Made by a program: the position numbers and the translations under genes. Positions 1 to 10,048 of a DNA stretch of 64,000 nucleotides are shown here, piece by piece. The number at the start of each line of letters is the position of its first letter. Within the stretch, counting starts at the first letter, position 1. Below the pieces are notes generated by a model. The model was given only the letters and a program-made list of their open reading frames with translations, had not been told where the DNA came from and ran no database searches. Source of the DNA: Candidatus Hydrogenedentota bacterium (lineage in GTDB: Bacteria; Hydrogenedentota; Hydrogenedentia; Hydrogenedentales; SLHB01); contig CAXXYE010000003.1 of the NCBI GenBank assembly GCA_963674865.2, positions 160,001-224,000 on the forward strand, in the 5' to 3' direction.

Positions 1-1
1 C

Positions 2-814
2 GGCGGCGGCGGCCAGTGCTTCCTGTTTGGAGGCGCACAGGCCGAAGATTGTGGGGCCGCTGCCGCTCATGGCTGCGGCGCAGCAGCCCGCCTCGATGAG
101 CCGTTGCTTTGCCGCCGCGAGATGAGGCTGTTCGTCGAACACGACCTCTTCCATTCGATTGAAGACTACCCCGGGAAGATCGCCTCGCTGAAGCGCGGCA
201 ATCGCCCGCCGAAACGAGGCCGTTCTTCCCGCAAACGACTTTTCTCCGCTGAGGCGCAGCTTGGGGCTGTTATAGACCCGGCTCGCACTGACGGCCATGG
301 GAGGATGCAGCAGTACGGCCCACGCGGCCGGGACATCGGCGAGAGGCGTCAGCTGCTCTCCGCGCCCCCCGGCCGCCATCGTGCCTCCGATCATGCAATA
401 GGGCACGTCCGATCCGAGTTCGAGAGCCAAACGTTGAAGTTCGGCCAGCGTCAAGCCCAAGTCCCACAAATGGTTCAGCGCGAGGAGCGTGGCCGCGGCG
501 TTCCCCGAACCTCCCGCGAGGCCCGCCGCGATGGGTATCTTCTTCTCGAGATGGATGCGGGCGCCTTGGGAGCAATCCGTCTTGCGCTGGAGCAGCGTCG
601 CGGCTCGATGGACGAGGTTCGCCTCGCCCGAGTCAAGCTCCGAAGTCGAACATGTCAGAGCGATCCCGCTGGCCCGCTCCGTGAAATGGAGTTCGTCGGC
701 CAACCCGACGCTCTGGAATATCGTCTCAATCGCATGATATCCATCGCGTCGCCGCCGCAGGACCTCAAGGTAGAGGTTAATCTTGGCGTATGATCGGTAA
801 AGAATGCTTACCAC
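2..814 (-). CDS. ispE: 4-diphosphocytidyl-2-C-methyl-D-erythritol kinase (3' end runs off window)
   Basis: Not in the ORF track. Manual minus-strand translation from GTG 814 gives VVSILYRSYAKINLYLEVLRRRRDGYHAIETIFQSV, the GHMP motif PIAAGLAGGSGNAAA and MSGSGPTIF. Confidence 0.95.
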   Translation of the reverse strand, partial: MVSILYRSYAKINLYLEVLRRRRDGYHAIETIFQSVGLADELHFTERASGIALTCSTSELDSGEANLVHRAATLLQRKTDCSQGARIHLEKKIPIAAGLAGGSGNAAATLLALNHLWDLGLTLAELQRLALELGSDVPYCMIGGTMAAGGRGEQLTPLADVPAAWAVLLHPPMAVSASRVYNSPKLRLSGEKSFAGRTASFRRAIAALQRGDLPGVVFNRMEEVVFDEQPHLAAAKQRLIEAGCCAAAMSGSGPTIFGLCASKQEALAAAA

Positions 815-914
815 GTTTCTCTTGACCCTATCCTATCCGCTCTCGGACTCGTCTCTCCGCTACGGAAGCTCATGCGGTGCGTATCGCCGAGCTCTCCGGC
901 CTCTTAGACAGAGC

Positions 915-3122
915 CTAGTTTCGCTCGAAGACAAGCTCAAAATCCCCAGGGGACCCTGCGGCTATATCCATCGAACAGAGCTGATCACCCTCCTTCGTGC
1001 GTAACCGGCACCCCTCCCACTGGGCGGAGCGAAGCGTCCAGGGCTTGGGCACGGCGAAGAAAAGCGTATGGCTCTGCTGGCTCTTTCCCCTGAACGAGCC
1101 GTAAAGCCGGGCTTTCTGTTCGTCCCAGGTGATGGTGTTGAGATTGTCCAGCAGAAGCGCGAGTCCGGTATTGGCGCCTAGCAGGCTGGGACAGGAGAGG
1201 ATGGGGGAAACTCCAAAGACGGCAAGCGTGTCCGTCATCGGTACGGGCCCTTGTCCTAGGTCTTCGAACTGCCCTTTGTTGACGCGCCAGATGCGAGTCA
1301 GCGCATCGCCGTCGATCTCCAGGTCGCTCATTCCCCATTCAGCCGCCCCGGGGAATGCAATGACGGAATTCCCTCGGCACGCGCCATCCTCGCCATGCAC
1401 ACTGATCTGCCATATGTGCGGGGCCCTCCGGAAGGTATCCAGGGGTCTGCCTGCGAGCCGTGCCGGAGGAAACTGCTTTAATGCCTCCCGATGCGATGCC
1501 TTGGGCTTCCCGAGGAGTTCGATGGGGCCGCCGAAAAAGCGCCAGACAATCGGCAAGTTGGGGTCGATTCCCTTCGTGCGGTCTAGGTCAAGACTCACCG
1601 GCGCCGTGGTTAAGCCATATCCCTTCATGCGGCTGGTGCAGCTTGCCGCTTCAAGCCAGGGCTCCAAGCGCCCGTCCATTGTCGCCGCGCTTGCCGGGAG
1701 CACAGGCAGCCCCCCCGAGGCCGCTGCCATGAGCTTGAAGGCAAGCGTGTCCGCCTCCTGCCTGGTCATCTGGAACTCCTGGAGCACCGGGTCCGGGATC
1801 TGCGAGGACTCCACGACGAAGAAGCGAAATCCCCAATCCACGAGTTTTTTCAGGCGCCCGAGGACATGTTCCCTTGCCTCGGACGAAGACAGGTTAACCC
1901 ACGATTGGCCGTCCGGGCCCTTGGCCACCCACCCGGCCTTACCCCCCTCTGCCGCCAAGGGATCGACGGATAGCCCCGGCGTCATGCCCAGAATCTGGAT
2001 TTCGGACGCCACCTTGCGCATCTCCCGCGGATACGCGGGGGCGGCCCCCTGCAAAGATCCCGGCCTTCCTTCCCAACCTCGCGGCACCAATACTCCTTGT
2101 ACTCCCGAGCCCGCCCATGCGCGCGCGGCCGCATACAGCTCCTCCGCCGAGGCACCGGCCCGGGCGGAAACCCACGTTTCGGGGACGGACTCGACAGCAG
2201 GAGGCGCTACCAGCTTGCTGAAGGCCCATGCATAATAGAGGTCCATTCGGGCAGGTTGCCGTGTCCCAAACGAGACCCAAACAGGATCCGCCGCCAACGA
2301 CGCTCCAGGAGCCACTTCGACCGGGGGGCTGAACACCGACGCGGCCTCGCCCTGCCATGCGTCTCCATCCGGCGCAAACCAAAGGCCCGAAGTCGCCTTC
2401 CCGTGAGGCAAGAGGCCCAGGCCCAGCGCGAATCCTCGATCCGGATCCGAGAAGAACGCCACGAGTGACGACGCCCGTGTGTCGAAGATCGGATATCCCC
2501 CCCGCATAGTGAGGCGGCGGACATTCGATTCCGAAGCCATGCTCCAATCGTCCATGCAACCGGGACCGATCACGGCCGAGTTGATGCGGCTGATTTTCAG
2601 CGGCTCCGTCCCCGTATTGCGGACTTCCACCTCGACGATAACAAACGGGTAGTTCTTGATGACCGTAACCGCCTGTGTCAGCGCCAGCCCGCGCTTGTGG
2701 CTCAATTCGACGGAGAAGCGTGTCGCTTTGCCCAATGCCGAGTCGACCGTCGTCCGATCCGTTCCCGTTTTCGTGCCGTCGGTGAGTAGAACTTGCGTGC
2801 CGTCGGTGAAGTGTACCGCCGCGCCCACCTTATCCAGAACCATCCCCTGTCCGGCGACTTCAACGCCCCATTCGCCGTTGGCCGCGGCGTGCATGAGCTT
2901 CGCTTCCCCGACGCCGTACTCGTAATGATCTCGGAGCGCCCACGGCATATCTCGCTCAGAGGCGGCGGCTATCCCGGCCAGGGCGGCGCTTAGGAATAGC
3001 ACGGAGCCCAAGAGCGAGTAGACCGGTATGTATCTCCCGCTCCTCTGGGCGCAAAACCCCCGCACATATGTCAGGCGGTTACCCACACGGGACAGCCCAT
3101 CAGCCCCCTGTCCAACCTTCAA
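915..3122 (-). CDS. Secreted alpha-galactosidase (GH36/GH27)-like protein, catalytic motifs degenerate; true start probably downstream
   Basis: 735-aa ORF with a hydrophobic signal-like segment, an N-terminal beta-rich region and a TIM-barrel-like core (PETWVS, GWEG, GMTPGLSVDP, WVNLSS, LVDWGFRFF). Confidence 0.5.
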   Translation of the reverse strand: MKVGQGADGLSRVGNRLTYVRGFCAQRSGRYIPVYSLLGSVLFLSAALAGIAAASERDMPWALRDHYEYGVGEAKLMHAAANGEWGVEVAGQGMVLDKVGAAVHFTDGTQVLLTDGTKTGTDRTTVDSALGKATRFSVELSHKRGLALTQAVTVIKNYPFVIVEVEVRNTGTEPLKISRINSAVIGPGCMDDWSMASESNVRRLTMRGGYPIFDTRASSLVAFFSDPDRGFALGLGLLPHGKATSGLWFAPDGDAWQGEAASVFSPPVEVAPGASLAADPVWVSFGTRQPARMDLYYAWAFSKLVAPPAVESVPETWVSARAGASAEELYAAARAWAGSGVQGVLVPRGWEGRPGSLQGAAPAYPREMRKVASEIQILGMTPGLSVDPLAAEGGKAGWVAKGPDGQSWVNLSSSEAREHVLGRLKKLVDWGFRFFVVESSQIPDPVLQEFQMTRQEADTLAFKLMAAASGGLPVLPASAATMDGRLEPWLEAASCTSRMKGYGLTTAPVSLDLDRTKGIDPNLPIVWRFFGGPIELLGKPKASHREALKQFPPARLAGRPLDTFRRAPHIWQISVHGEDGACRGNSVIAFPGAAEWGMSDLEIDGDALTRIWRVNKGQFEDLGQGPVPMTDTLAVFGVSPILSCPSLLGANTGLALLLDNLNTITWDEQKARLYGSFRGKSQQSHTLFFAVPKPWTLRSAQWEGCRLRTKEGDQLCSMDIAAGSPGDFELVFERN

Positions 3123-3441
3123 CGTGGCATTCTCCTTGTCTGCGTAAAACCTTGCCGTGCGGCCAATTATGCCGACGCCCGGACCTGTTCTCAGGCAGGC
3201 TAGGCCCGTTCGCTCGCAAAGACTGCGACCGCCTGACCCTGCGCGGATTATACACTAAAGGGGAAGCTTCCAGAAGCGCGTCAAACGCCCCAACCGCTGA
3301 GTGGCTCGGAGGTGCTTCATACGCGGTGCCTTGGACCTCCTCTGTTTTCTGGCAGTCTCCCGGCCGAGTGGATAAGGCCCGCTCATCTCACACTTATAAC
3401 AGCCTGGCGCGCAGTGTAGCGAGCAACTCCGCCACCGCGAG

Positions 3442-4185
3442 CTACGACGGTGAGCCCCTGCGGCCCAGCGCGGCCCGAAACAAGCTGCGGTAGATGCGGT
3501 AGGAGTCCCTCAGGGCGCCGAAATGGGACGAGCTGTTGCCGGTTTCGTAGATGGTCTGTATCGGCACGGGAACGACCTTGTACGGCCCACGGACTGCCAG
3601 TACCACAATCTCCATCTCCGTCTCGTAACGCCCCCCGGGGATGACGCGGAGGACCTCCTCTAGGAACCTTCGTGAGTGTAGGCGGTAGCCGGATTGTGTG
3701 TCCGGAACTTCTTGCCCCAGAAGAAGATGCGTGATAGTGCGGGTGAGTTTGTTGCCGACGCGGCTTCGTAGCGGGACATTGCGCTCGTCGAAGACGCGCG
3801 AGCCTATCACCAGGTCGGCCTCTTCCTCGCGAAAGGCCTGAAAGAGCCTCGGAAGCTCGGTGGGGTCATGCTGCCCGTCCGCATCGATTATGGCCACGCA
3901 GGTTACGGAAGGAATGTCCAGTGCGGCGCGGAAGCCAGCCAACATCGCATGGCCCTTGCCCCTATTCTCGGGAAAAGCGACCACCCTTGCAGCCGTGTCC
4001 GCCAGCGCCTCGACGGCGCCATCCGTGCTGCCGTCGTCCACAACAATAACGTGCTCCAGTTGCTGCGCGAGGCCTTCGACAACGGGGCGGACCCGAAAGC
4101 CTGCGTTGTAACAGGGCACCACGGCTGCCAGCGAAGTGCCGGGCATTCCGCTATCCACGTGAGATGCCTTATCCATGCTCTCCAC
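3442..4185 (-). CDS. Glycosyltransferase family 2 (polyprenol-phosphate sugar synthase-like)
   Basis: VVPCYN, VVDDGSTD, NRGKG, IDADGQH and DTQSGYR motifs. Confidence 0.92.
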   Translation of the reverse strand: MESMDKASHVDSGMPGTSLAAVVPCYNAGFRVRPVVEGLAQQLEHVIVVDDGSTDGAVEALADTAARVVAFPENRGKGHAMLAGFRAALDIPSVTCVAIIDADGQHDPTELPRLFQAFREEEADLVIGSRVFDERNVPLRSRVGNKLTRTITHLLLGQEVPDTQSGYRLHSRRFLEEVLRVIPGGRYETEMEIVVLAVRGPYKVVPVPIQTIYETGNSSSHFGALRDSYRIYRSLFRAALGRRGSPS

Positions 4186-4421
4186 CGCTTCGGCCCACGG
4201 TTGACGAACGTATTAGACAGGAAAGGGCCTTGCCAATTCCAGGATGCGCTTGGTGGGCGCGTTGCCAATTGCGCCACACGACAAGTCATCGAGAGCGAAT
4301 CCACGGCAGCCCTTCTGCCGGATAAGGAGGCCCCTCTTGCGCTCTCCGGGGGTGTTTGGTACGATGGCGCGGCCCCGAAGTGGTCTTGGCTCTTGCGGGC
4401 TGCACTTGGAGAACGGCATCA

Positions 4422-6356
4422 ATGCAGGGCAAAAACTCCGTCGCGCCGGGCCGAAGCGGACGGGCAGTCTGCGCGCTGCTCTTCCTCATTCTGTTCTATC
4501 TCTATGTCTGGCTGCGGATTGACCCCCGCCTGAGCTACCAGATTCAGGCCCCCCCTTTCTACCTTACCGGGCGTTTCTTCTCCCAACTGCTTCATACGCA
4601 GGTGGGCGGACTCTGTGAGTACGCCGCCGCATTCCTGGTGCAGTTCTGGCGTTTTGACTGGGCTGGGGCGCTCATTATCACCATTACGGCCTGGCTCATT
4701 GGGTGGAACGCGGGGGCGCTTATTTCCCGAATCCGCGGGAAGCAAGCGGTTCATCTGCCCTATGCCGCTGCCCTATTCGTGCTGTTTGCTCACCAGGACT
4801 ACGGCTACCCCTTCTCCATCACCGTGGGCGTACTGGCCGCCCTTCTTGCCGCAAACGCCTTCCTGCGGCTTGTGCCCCGGACTCCCCTTGTCAGGGCAGG
4901 CGCCTTCGTCGTGCTGTCGGGCCTTCTCTGCGCCGCCCTCGGCGGGCCTGCCGTTGTATTCGCTGGGGCATGTGCCATCGCCGAGTTTGCGGAACAGCCG
5001 CGAAAGTCCCGGGCGTGTCTCCTGGCCGTCTTCTACGTGCTCTTCGGCACTCTGACACCCTGGCTGCTGGCTGCTTGGACGTATGACGAGCCAACGTCCA
5101 CCACCTACGCCCGGCTCATTCCCAGAGAATGGAACGCCAGCCTATCCATCGGCGCCCTCACTCTTTACGCGTTTCTTCTCGCCGCGGCTCTCGCAGCGGT
5201 TCTTCTGAGAGGGCGTTGGGGGCCGGACAAGGCCGGGGCGCCGAAGGAAGGGCCTCGGGGGAAACTGGCCTTCCTGCTGCGCCCGGCGGCCTTCCTCGTT
5301 GTTCTTGCCGTGGTTGTTGTGGCGCGGTTTGACCACGACGAGAGGGGCCTCATACGTATGGATTACCTGGCCCGCCATGAGATGTGGCCCGAGTTTTTGG
5401 ACTATGTCCGCGGCCATCAATCGAATCCCGTGTTCAATGTCCTGGACCTTGGGATACAGCACCAGACGATACTCGTCATCAATGATACTGATCGTGCTCT
5501 GTTCCATACGGGACGCCTGCCCTATGACATGTTCTCCTATCCGCAGCTTGGCAAAGCCCCGACACTCACGCTCTTCGATCGCGACTTCTGCGCCAAGCAC
5601 AGGCAGGCGCATCTTCGCAGGGCCGAGCTGCTCTTCGAGTTAGGGCGGATTAACGAAGCGGAGCACATGGCCCACGAGGCGTGGGAATACTTCGGCGATC
5701 GCCCGGGAATCTTCCGCCGGATAGTGCTCGTCAACATACTGAAGGAGCGCTACGATGCGGCCCACACGTATCTCAACCTCCTGAGTACCATGTTGTTCGA
5801 GCGCGACTGGGCCGCCTATTACCTTCGTGCCCTCGACGACAATCTGATCCTGTCATCCGACCCAGTGCTCCAGTGGGGACGGGCCGTCATGTTGCAGAGC
5901 GACTTCGTCGGCACGACGGCCTTCGGATTCGAGGACGCGATGCTTACCCGTTTGCTGCGCGACCACAGGCACAACAAGATGGCGTTTGAGTACCTCATGG
6001 CCCACTATCTGCTGGCGGACGAACCAGCCAAGGTTGTGGCCAACCTGGGAGGCTTGGACGCATTCAACTATCCGGATATCCCGCGACACTACGAAGAGGC
6101 GGCCCTGGCCTATATGGCCGAGAGCGGCGTGGCCAACATCAATCTGTTCGGGCGGACGATAAGACCGGAGACTTTGGAGCGTTTCCGCCGATTTGAGTCC
6201 TTGCGCGTCCAGTATGGACAAGATTTGGGCCGATTGTGGGACGCCACTGTAGCCGAGTTCGGGAATACTTTCTGGTTTTACCGCGTATTCGGAATTACAG
6301 GCTTCGGCAAGGAAACCAAACCTGGCCCTTACGACATAGTGACGGGAGCGTCGTGA
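4422..6356 (+). CDS. Polytopic membrane protein with C-terminal helical domain (DUF6057-like)
   Basis: About 10 hydrophobic segments, then a soluble domain with GRLPYDMFSYPQ, NKMAFEYLMAHYLL, IPRHYEEA and GNTFWFY; its stop overlaps the next start (TGATG). Confidence 0.65.
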   Translation: MQGKNSVAPGRSGRAVCALLFLILFYLYVWLRIDPRLSYQIQAPPFYLTGRFFSQLLHTQVGGLCEYAAAFLVQFWRFDWAGALIITITAWLIGWNAGALISRIRGKQAVHLPYAAALFVLFAHQDYGYPFSITVGVLAALLAANAFLRLVPRTPLVRAGAFVVLSGLLCAALGGPAVVFAGACAIAEFAEQPRKSRACLLAVFYVLFGTLTPWLLAAWTYDEPTSTTYARLIPREWNASLSIGALTLYAFLLAAALAAVLLRGRWGPDKAGAPKEGPRGKLAFLLRPAAFLVVLAVVVVARFDHDERGLIRMDYLARHEMWPEFLDYVRGHQSNPVFNVLDLGIQHQTILVINDTDRALFHTGRLPYDMFSYPQLGKAPTLTLFDRDFCAKHRQAHLRRAELLFELGRINEAEHMAHEAWEYFGDRPGIFRRIVLVNILKERYDAAHTYLNLLSTMLFERDWAAYYLRALDDNLILSSDPVLQWGRAVMLQSDFVGTTAFGFEDAMLTRLLRDHRHNKMAFEYLMAHYLLADEPAKVVANLGGLDAFNYPDIPRHYEEAALAYMAESGVANINLFGRTIRPETLERFRRFESLRVQYGQDLGRLWDATVAEFGNTFWFYRVFGITGFGKETKPGPYDIVTGAS

Positions 6357-7978
6357 TGAAAAGACTGGCTTTTGTGGCTGCCAGTTCCCTGGTTGTCGCC
6401 TCCGTTGTTGCGCTTGTTCTGCACCACACTCTCGCGCTGCAGGCACTCGGCGAGGCTAGTGCTGAATCGGTGGAGCACCCTCCCCATATTCGACCGGATT
6501 TCGCAGATATCGTTATCCCTCCGAACATAGCCCCCCTGAACTTTCGGGTCGAGGAACCCGGGGAGGCGTACCTGGTTCGACTCGCTTCCGCCCGCGGCGA
6601 CGCCATTGAATTGACCTCAGATTCGCCGGATGTTCGAATCCCTATCGAGCAATGGCGGCGGCTCCTCAAAGAAAACGCGGGGGAAGCACTCAGTATCGAC
6701 ATAAGCGTCCGCCAAGAGGGCGGCGGATGGCGGCGCTTTGCGCCGATCACGAACACGATCGCTGCAGAACCCATTGACGGCTACCTGACCTATCGTCTCA
6801 TGAAGCCTTGGTACACGAAGTTCGGTTCGATGGCGATATTTCAGCGCAATCTCGCTAGTTTCGAGGAGCGACGGCTCATCGATACGGAAGTCCTCGGCCA
6901 CGGCTGCGTCAATTGCCACGCCTTCGTCTGGAATCAGCCCGAGACGATGACCTTGCACGTTCGCTTCCCTTTCGTGATGCTCTTGGCCCGCGACGGCAAG
7001 ATATCCCCCATTGAGACGCGCACGGAGTTTAACAAAGGGCCCTTCGCCTATCCCTCTTGGCATCCTAACGGCCGCATGGCCGCCTACTCCGTGAATAAGA
7101 TCCTTCAGGTGTTCCACACGTTCGGCGAAACGCGCGATGTGGTGGATTTCGCATCGGATATCGTCCTCTATATCGCCGATACGAACACCGTGACAACCAC
7201 CCCCGCCCTTTCCGACCCATACTACTTGGAGACCTTCCCAGCCTGGGCGCCCGATGGGAAGACGTTGTACTTCTGCAGTTCCCCGGCCACGCCCACCGAT
7301 GATTTCAAGCGTTTCCGTGAAGCCCGCTACGATCTCATGCGCGTTAGCTTTGATCCCGAAACGCTGACCTGGGGTGAACGTGAAACCGTGCTCCGGGCGG
7401 GCGATGTGGGCCTGAGCATGGCCACCCCTCGCGTATCGCCGGATGGGCGGTATATCCTGCTGTGCGTGAGCGACTACGGCACCTTCCCCATCTTCTTTCC
7501 CGGCAGCGATCTACGCCTACTGGATATCGAAACGGGTGTATTGCACGACATGGCGTGCAACAGCGACAAGACGGAATCGTGGCACGGATGGTCCGTCGAC
7601 AGCCGCTGGATCGTATTCACAAGCAAGCGCTACGACGGCCTCCTGGCGCGGCCGTACTTCAGTTACATAGACGACGAGGGAAATGCGAGCAAAGCCTTCG
7701 TTATGCCTCAGGAAGATCCCTCGTTCTACGACGATTTCGTCAAGACCTACAGCGTTCCCGAACTCACCGTCGGCCCCGTCGACTTCGACATGCGTGATTT
7801 AGCGGGAAAGATACAGGACGCGGGACTTGTGACGGCTGCCAACCTCGACCCCGCCGTACAAGCCCGCCAAGCCGCGGAGCCCCATCCCGACAAGCCGTTG
7901 TGGTCCGAAGCGCCACCGCGCGATGGGGCGCCCCCCGCCGATTCGGAGCCCTACGACGGTACTTCGCCCGTGAGTTGA
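6356..7978 (+). CDS. Exported TolB-like (PD40) beta-propeller protein with a CxxCH motif
   Basis: Signal/anchor peptide; IPPNIAPLNF; GCVNCHAF; PD40-like repeats YPSWHPNG, FPAWAPDG, PRVSPDG, WSVDSRWIVF. Confidence 0.75.
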   Translation: MKRLAFVAASSLVVASVVALVLHHTLALQALGEASAESVEHPPHIRPDFADIVIPPNIAPLNFRVEEPGEAYLVRLASARGDAIELTSDSPDVRIPIEQWRRLLKENAGEALSIDISVRQEGGGWRRFAPITNTIAAEPIDGYLTYRLMKPWYTKFGSMAIFQRNLASFEERRLIDTEVLGHGCVNCHAFVWNQPETMTLHVRFPFVMLLARDGKISPIETRTEFNKGPFAYPSWHPNGRMAAYSVNKILQVFHTFGETRDVVDFASDIVLYIADTNTVTTTPALSDPYYLETFPAWAPDGKTLYFCSSPATPTDDFKRFREARYDLMRVSFDPETLTWGERETVLRAGDVGLSMATPRVSPDGRYILLCVSDYGTFPIFFPGSDLRLLDIETGVLHDMACNSDKTESWHGWSVDSRWIVFTSKRYDGLLARPYFSYIDDEGNASKAFVMPQEDPSFYDDFVKTYSVPELTVGPVDFDMRDLAGKIQDAGLVTAANLDPAVQARQAAEPHPDKPLWSEAPPRDGAPPADSEPYDGTSPVS

Positions 7979-8027
7979 TTCTCCGCCAGAGGGGACGGGG
8001 CTGAATGCTTATCGCAAGGCAGGTGTG

Positions 8028-8807
8028 CTACTTCTCGCGTACGACGCGCAAGCCCACGAAAAAGTCGCGGAAGTCGTCCAAACGGCCTCCACGATCGGCG
8101 GAGCGGCAGTACTCGCCGTCATTGTACCAGCACCCGCCTCGATCGACATGATAGCGTGAGCCGTCTGAGTTCAGGGGGTCAACTTGATCGGAGGATGGGT
8201 AGCGGCCGTAGTTGTCCTGACACCATTCGTAGACATTGCCTCCCATGTCGTAGAGGCCCCAGGGATTGGATTTCTTTCCGCCGACGGTGTGCGCCGCTCC
8301 CTCGCTGTTGTCGCGCGCCCAGGCGAAATCGCCGCTGAATCGCGCTCCCCAGTAGAATTCCGTCTTTGTGCCCGCGCGGCAAGCGTATTCCCACTCAGCC
8401 TCGGTGGGCAGCCGGTAGCGGGCTGAATCCTTCTCGGAGAGCCGTTTGCAGAACTCCTGGGCATCGTTCCAGGAAACGTTTTCCACCGGGCGATTGGGAT
8501 CCTTGAAATGGGCCGGATTGCTTCCCATCACGGCCTGCCACTGGGCCTGGGTGACCTCGTGTATCCCAAGGTAGAACGGCTTCGACAGGATAACCTCGTG
8601 AACCGGCTTCTCATCCGCGTTGCCCCTCTCGGAACCCATCGTAAAGGAGCCGGACGGGATAAGCCGGAACTGCATTCCCAGGTTGTTCGTCAGCGTTTGT
8701 TCGGGATTTGGGGGGGGGGCTTCTTCGTCAGGCGCTGCGGGCGCGATGGCCGCGAACACTATGGCAAACACGGCGCCAATGGCAATCGAGGGTCTGTTGT
8801 GAGGCAT
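8028..8807 (-). CDS. Formylglycine-generating enzyme (FGE-sulfatase) domain protein, secreted
   Basis: FTMGS, HEVTQAQW, PVENVSWNDA, RLPTEAEWEYACRAG, NPWGLYDMGGNVYEW, RGG, GLRV. Confidence 0.92.
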   Translation of the reverse strand: MPHNRPSIAIGAVFAIVFAAIAPAAPDEEAPPPNPEQTLTNNLGMQFRLIPSGSFTMGSERGNADEKPVHEVILSKPFYLGIHEVTQAQWQAVMGSNPAHFKDPNRPVENVSWNDAQEFCKRLSEKDSARYRLPTEAEWEYACRAGTKTEFYWGARFSGDFAWARDNSEGAAHTVGGKKSNPWGLYDMGGNVYEWCQDNYGRYPSSDQVDPLNSDGSRYHVDRGGCWYNDGEYCRSADRGGRLDDFRDFFVGLRVVREK

Positions 8808-8866
8808 GGCCTACCCTCATCGAATGGGCCGCGCGAATGTGCGCCGACCCGCCTCGTCCTTCCTGG

Positions 8867-10048
8867 CTACCGGGGCTCGAAGGCCACTTCTCCGTCCATC
8901 TCGAACAGAAGTTCTCCGCGGCATACATCCGCGACGACGCATACGGCGGGGAACGGCGCCAATCCGCGGGCCTCCGTTATTTTTCGATAGACCTCGGCGT
9001 CTTCAGGACGTTTCACAAATATAGTCGCTGCGCACACATTCCGCAATGTCCCGCCCACAGGTTCAAGCAGCGCGTCGACATTGTCGAATGTGCGCTCAAT
9101 TTGGCCGCGCATGTCATCGAGAAAGATGCTGACGCCCTTTTCATCGATCGCGGCCGTCCCGGACACCTGTACCTGGACAACGTCTTCCTCACGAATCAGA
9201 GCCCCCCGGCTGAAAGAGGAGCCGTATTGAAAAGCATCCTGTTGCCGAACATTCGTCATCTGGATGATCTCAGGACGGGCGTTCGGGGCATCGGCGCTGG
9301 CCAGCAAGTCCAATGCGCCCGCTGCGCCCAAGGGGAGATCCCCGCTGATGCCCGTGCTCGCGGGCAGAAGCAGCCGGCCGGTTTCGGGACTTGGACACAG
9401 CCCGAATTCGGCGTACTTGGCGCTGCGGGCCTTGTTGAACTCACCGTACCAATCCAAGATATTCGAAAGGTAAAACCATGTCCGGACGACATCGCGGTAC
9501 GAGAGTCCTTCCTGTTCAAGAATTCTCTCCGCGCGCGCAATCATCCGCTCGGCCTGGCGTGGCCGCGAATTATCCGCTTCCGAGCCTTCCTCCAAGCCAT
9601 GCAGATTCTGGACGATAACAAAGGAAGCGCCGTTGCGCCGCCATCCTCGCCCGCATGGGCGCTCACCATCACGGATCGTCCAGACCTTGTTGCCCTCTCC
9701 CGCCGTCGAGACGGCCCTGAGAATGGCTCCCGCGAAACCTTCGCCCCAGGCGGGGTGCCCCTGGATGTAAGTCAGCGAGCCCTCCGAATCAAGACCGCGG
9801 GCACCCAGGCTCCGCGCGCGCGCGTCTCTTATCACGCCCTGGGCGCTGAGGCTCCCGAAGAGCCGCTCGTGGACTACCTGCATATTCTCGCTGACGAGCA
9901 GGTCGGCCATTTGCTCGTAAGCTGCCGCCACAGACTTCGCCGGATCTGCGCAAGGCGCAGGATTTGCAACCAAATACATCTGCCCGTTGCCCGCCGGAGT
10001 GGCGCATACCGTGGCAGGTTCTCTCTGGTAAATTGTCGTACTGCCCAT
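8867..10048 (-). CDS. Multi-domain RidA/YjgF-fold protein (FkbO/Hyg5 chorismatase-like)
   Basis: VVRTWFYL, PASTGI, FSRG, VSGTAAID and ADVCRGELLFEMD motifs; purine-rich RBS before ATG 10048. Confidence 0.7.
   Translation of the reverse strand: MGSTTIYQREPATVCATPAGNGQMYLVANPAPCADPAKSVAAAYEQMADLLVSENMQVVHERLFGSLSAQGVIRDARARSLGARGLDSEGSLTYIQGHPAWGEGFAGAILRAVSTAGEGNKVWTIRDGERPCGRGWRRNGASFVIVQNLHGLEEGSEADNSRPRQAERMIARAERILEQEGLSYRDVVRTWFYLSNILDWYGEFNKARSAKYAEFGLCPSPETGRLLLPASTGISGDLPLGAAGALDLLASADAPNARPEIIQMTNVRQQDAFQYGSSFSRGALIREEDVVQVQVSGTAAIDEKGVSIFLDDMRGQIERTFDNVDALLEPVGGTLRNVCAATIFVKRPEDAEVYRKITEARGLAPFPAVCVVADVCRGELLFEMDGEVAFEPR

Noticed and set aside
104..793. 229-aa plus-strand ORF
   Set aside because: Antisense shadow of ispE, which has clear motifs on the minus strand.
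8028..8200. Active formylglycine-generating enzyme
   Set aside because: RGGCWYNDGEYCRS lacks the canonical RGGSxxCxxxxC arrangement, so it is treated as a generic FGE-fold protein.
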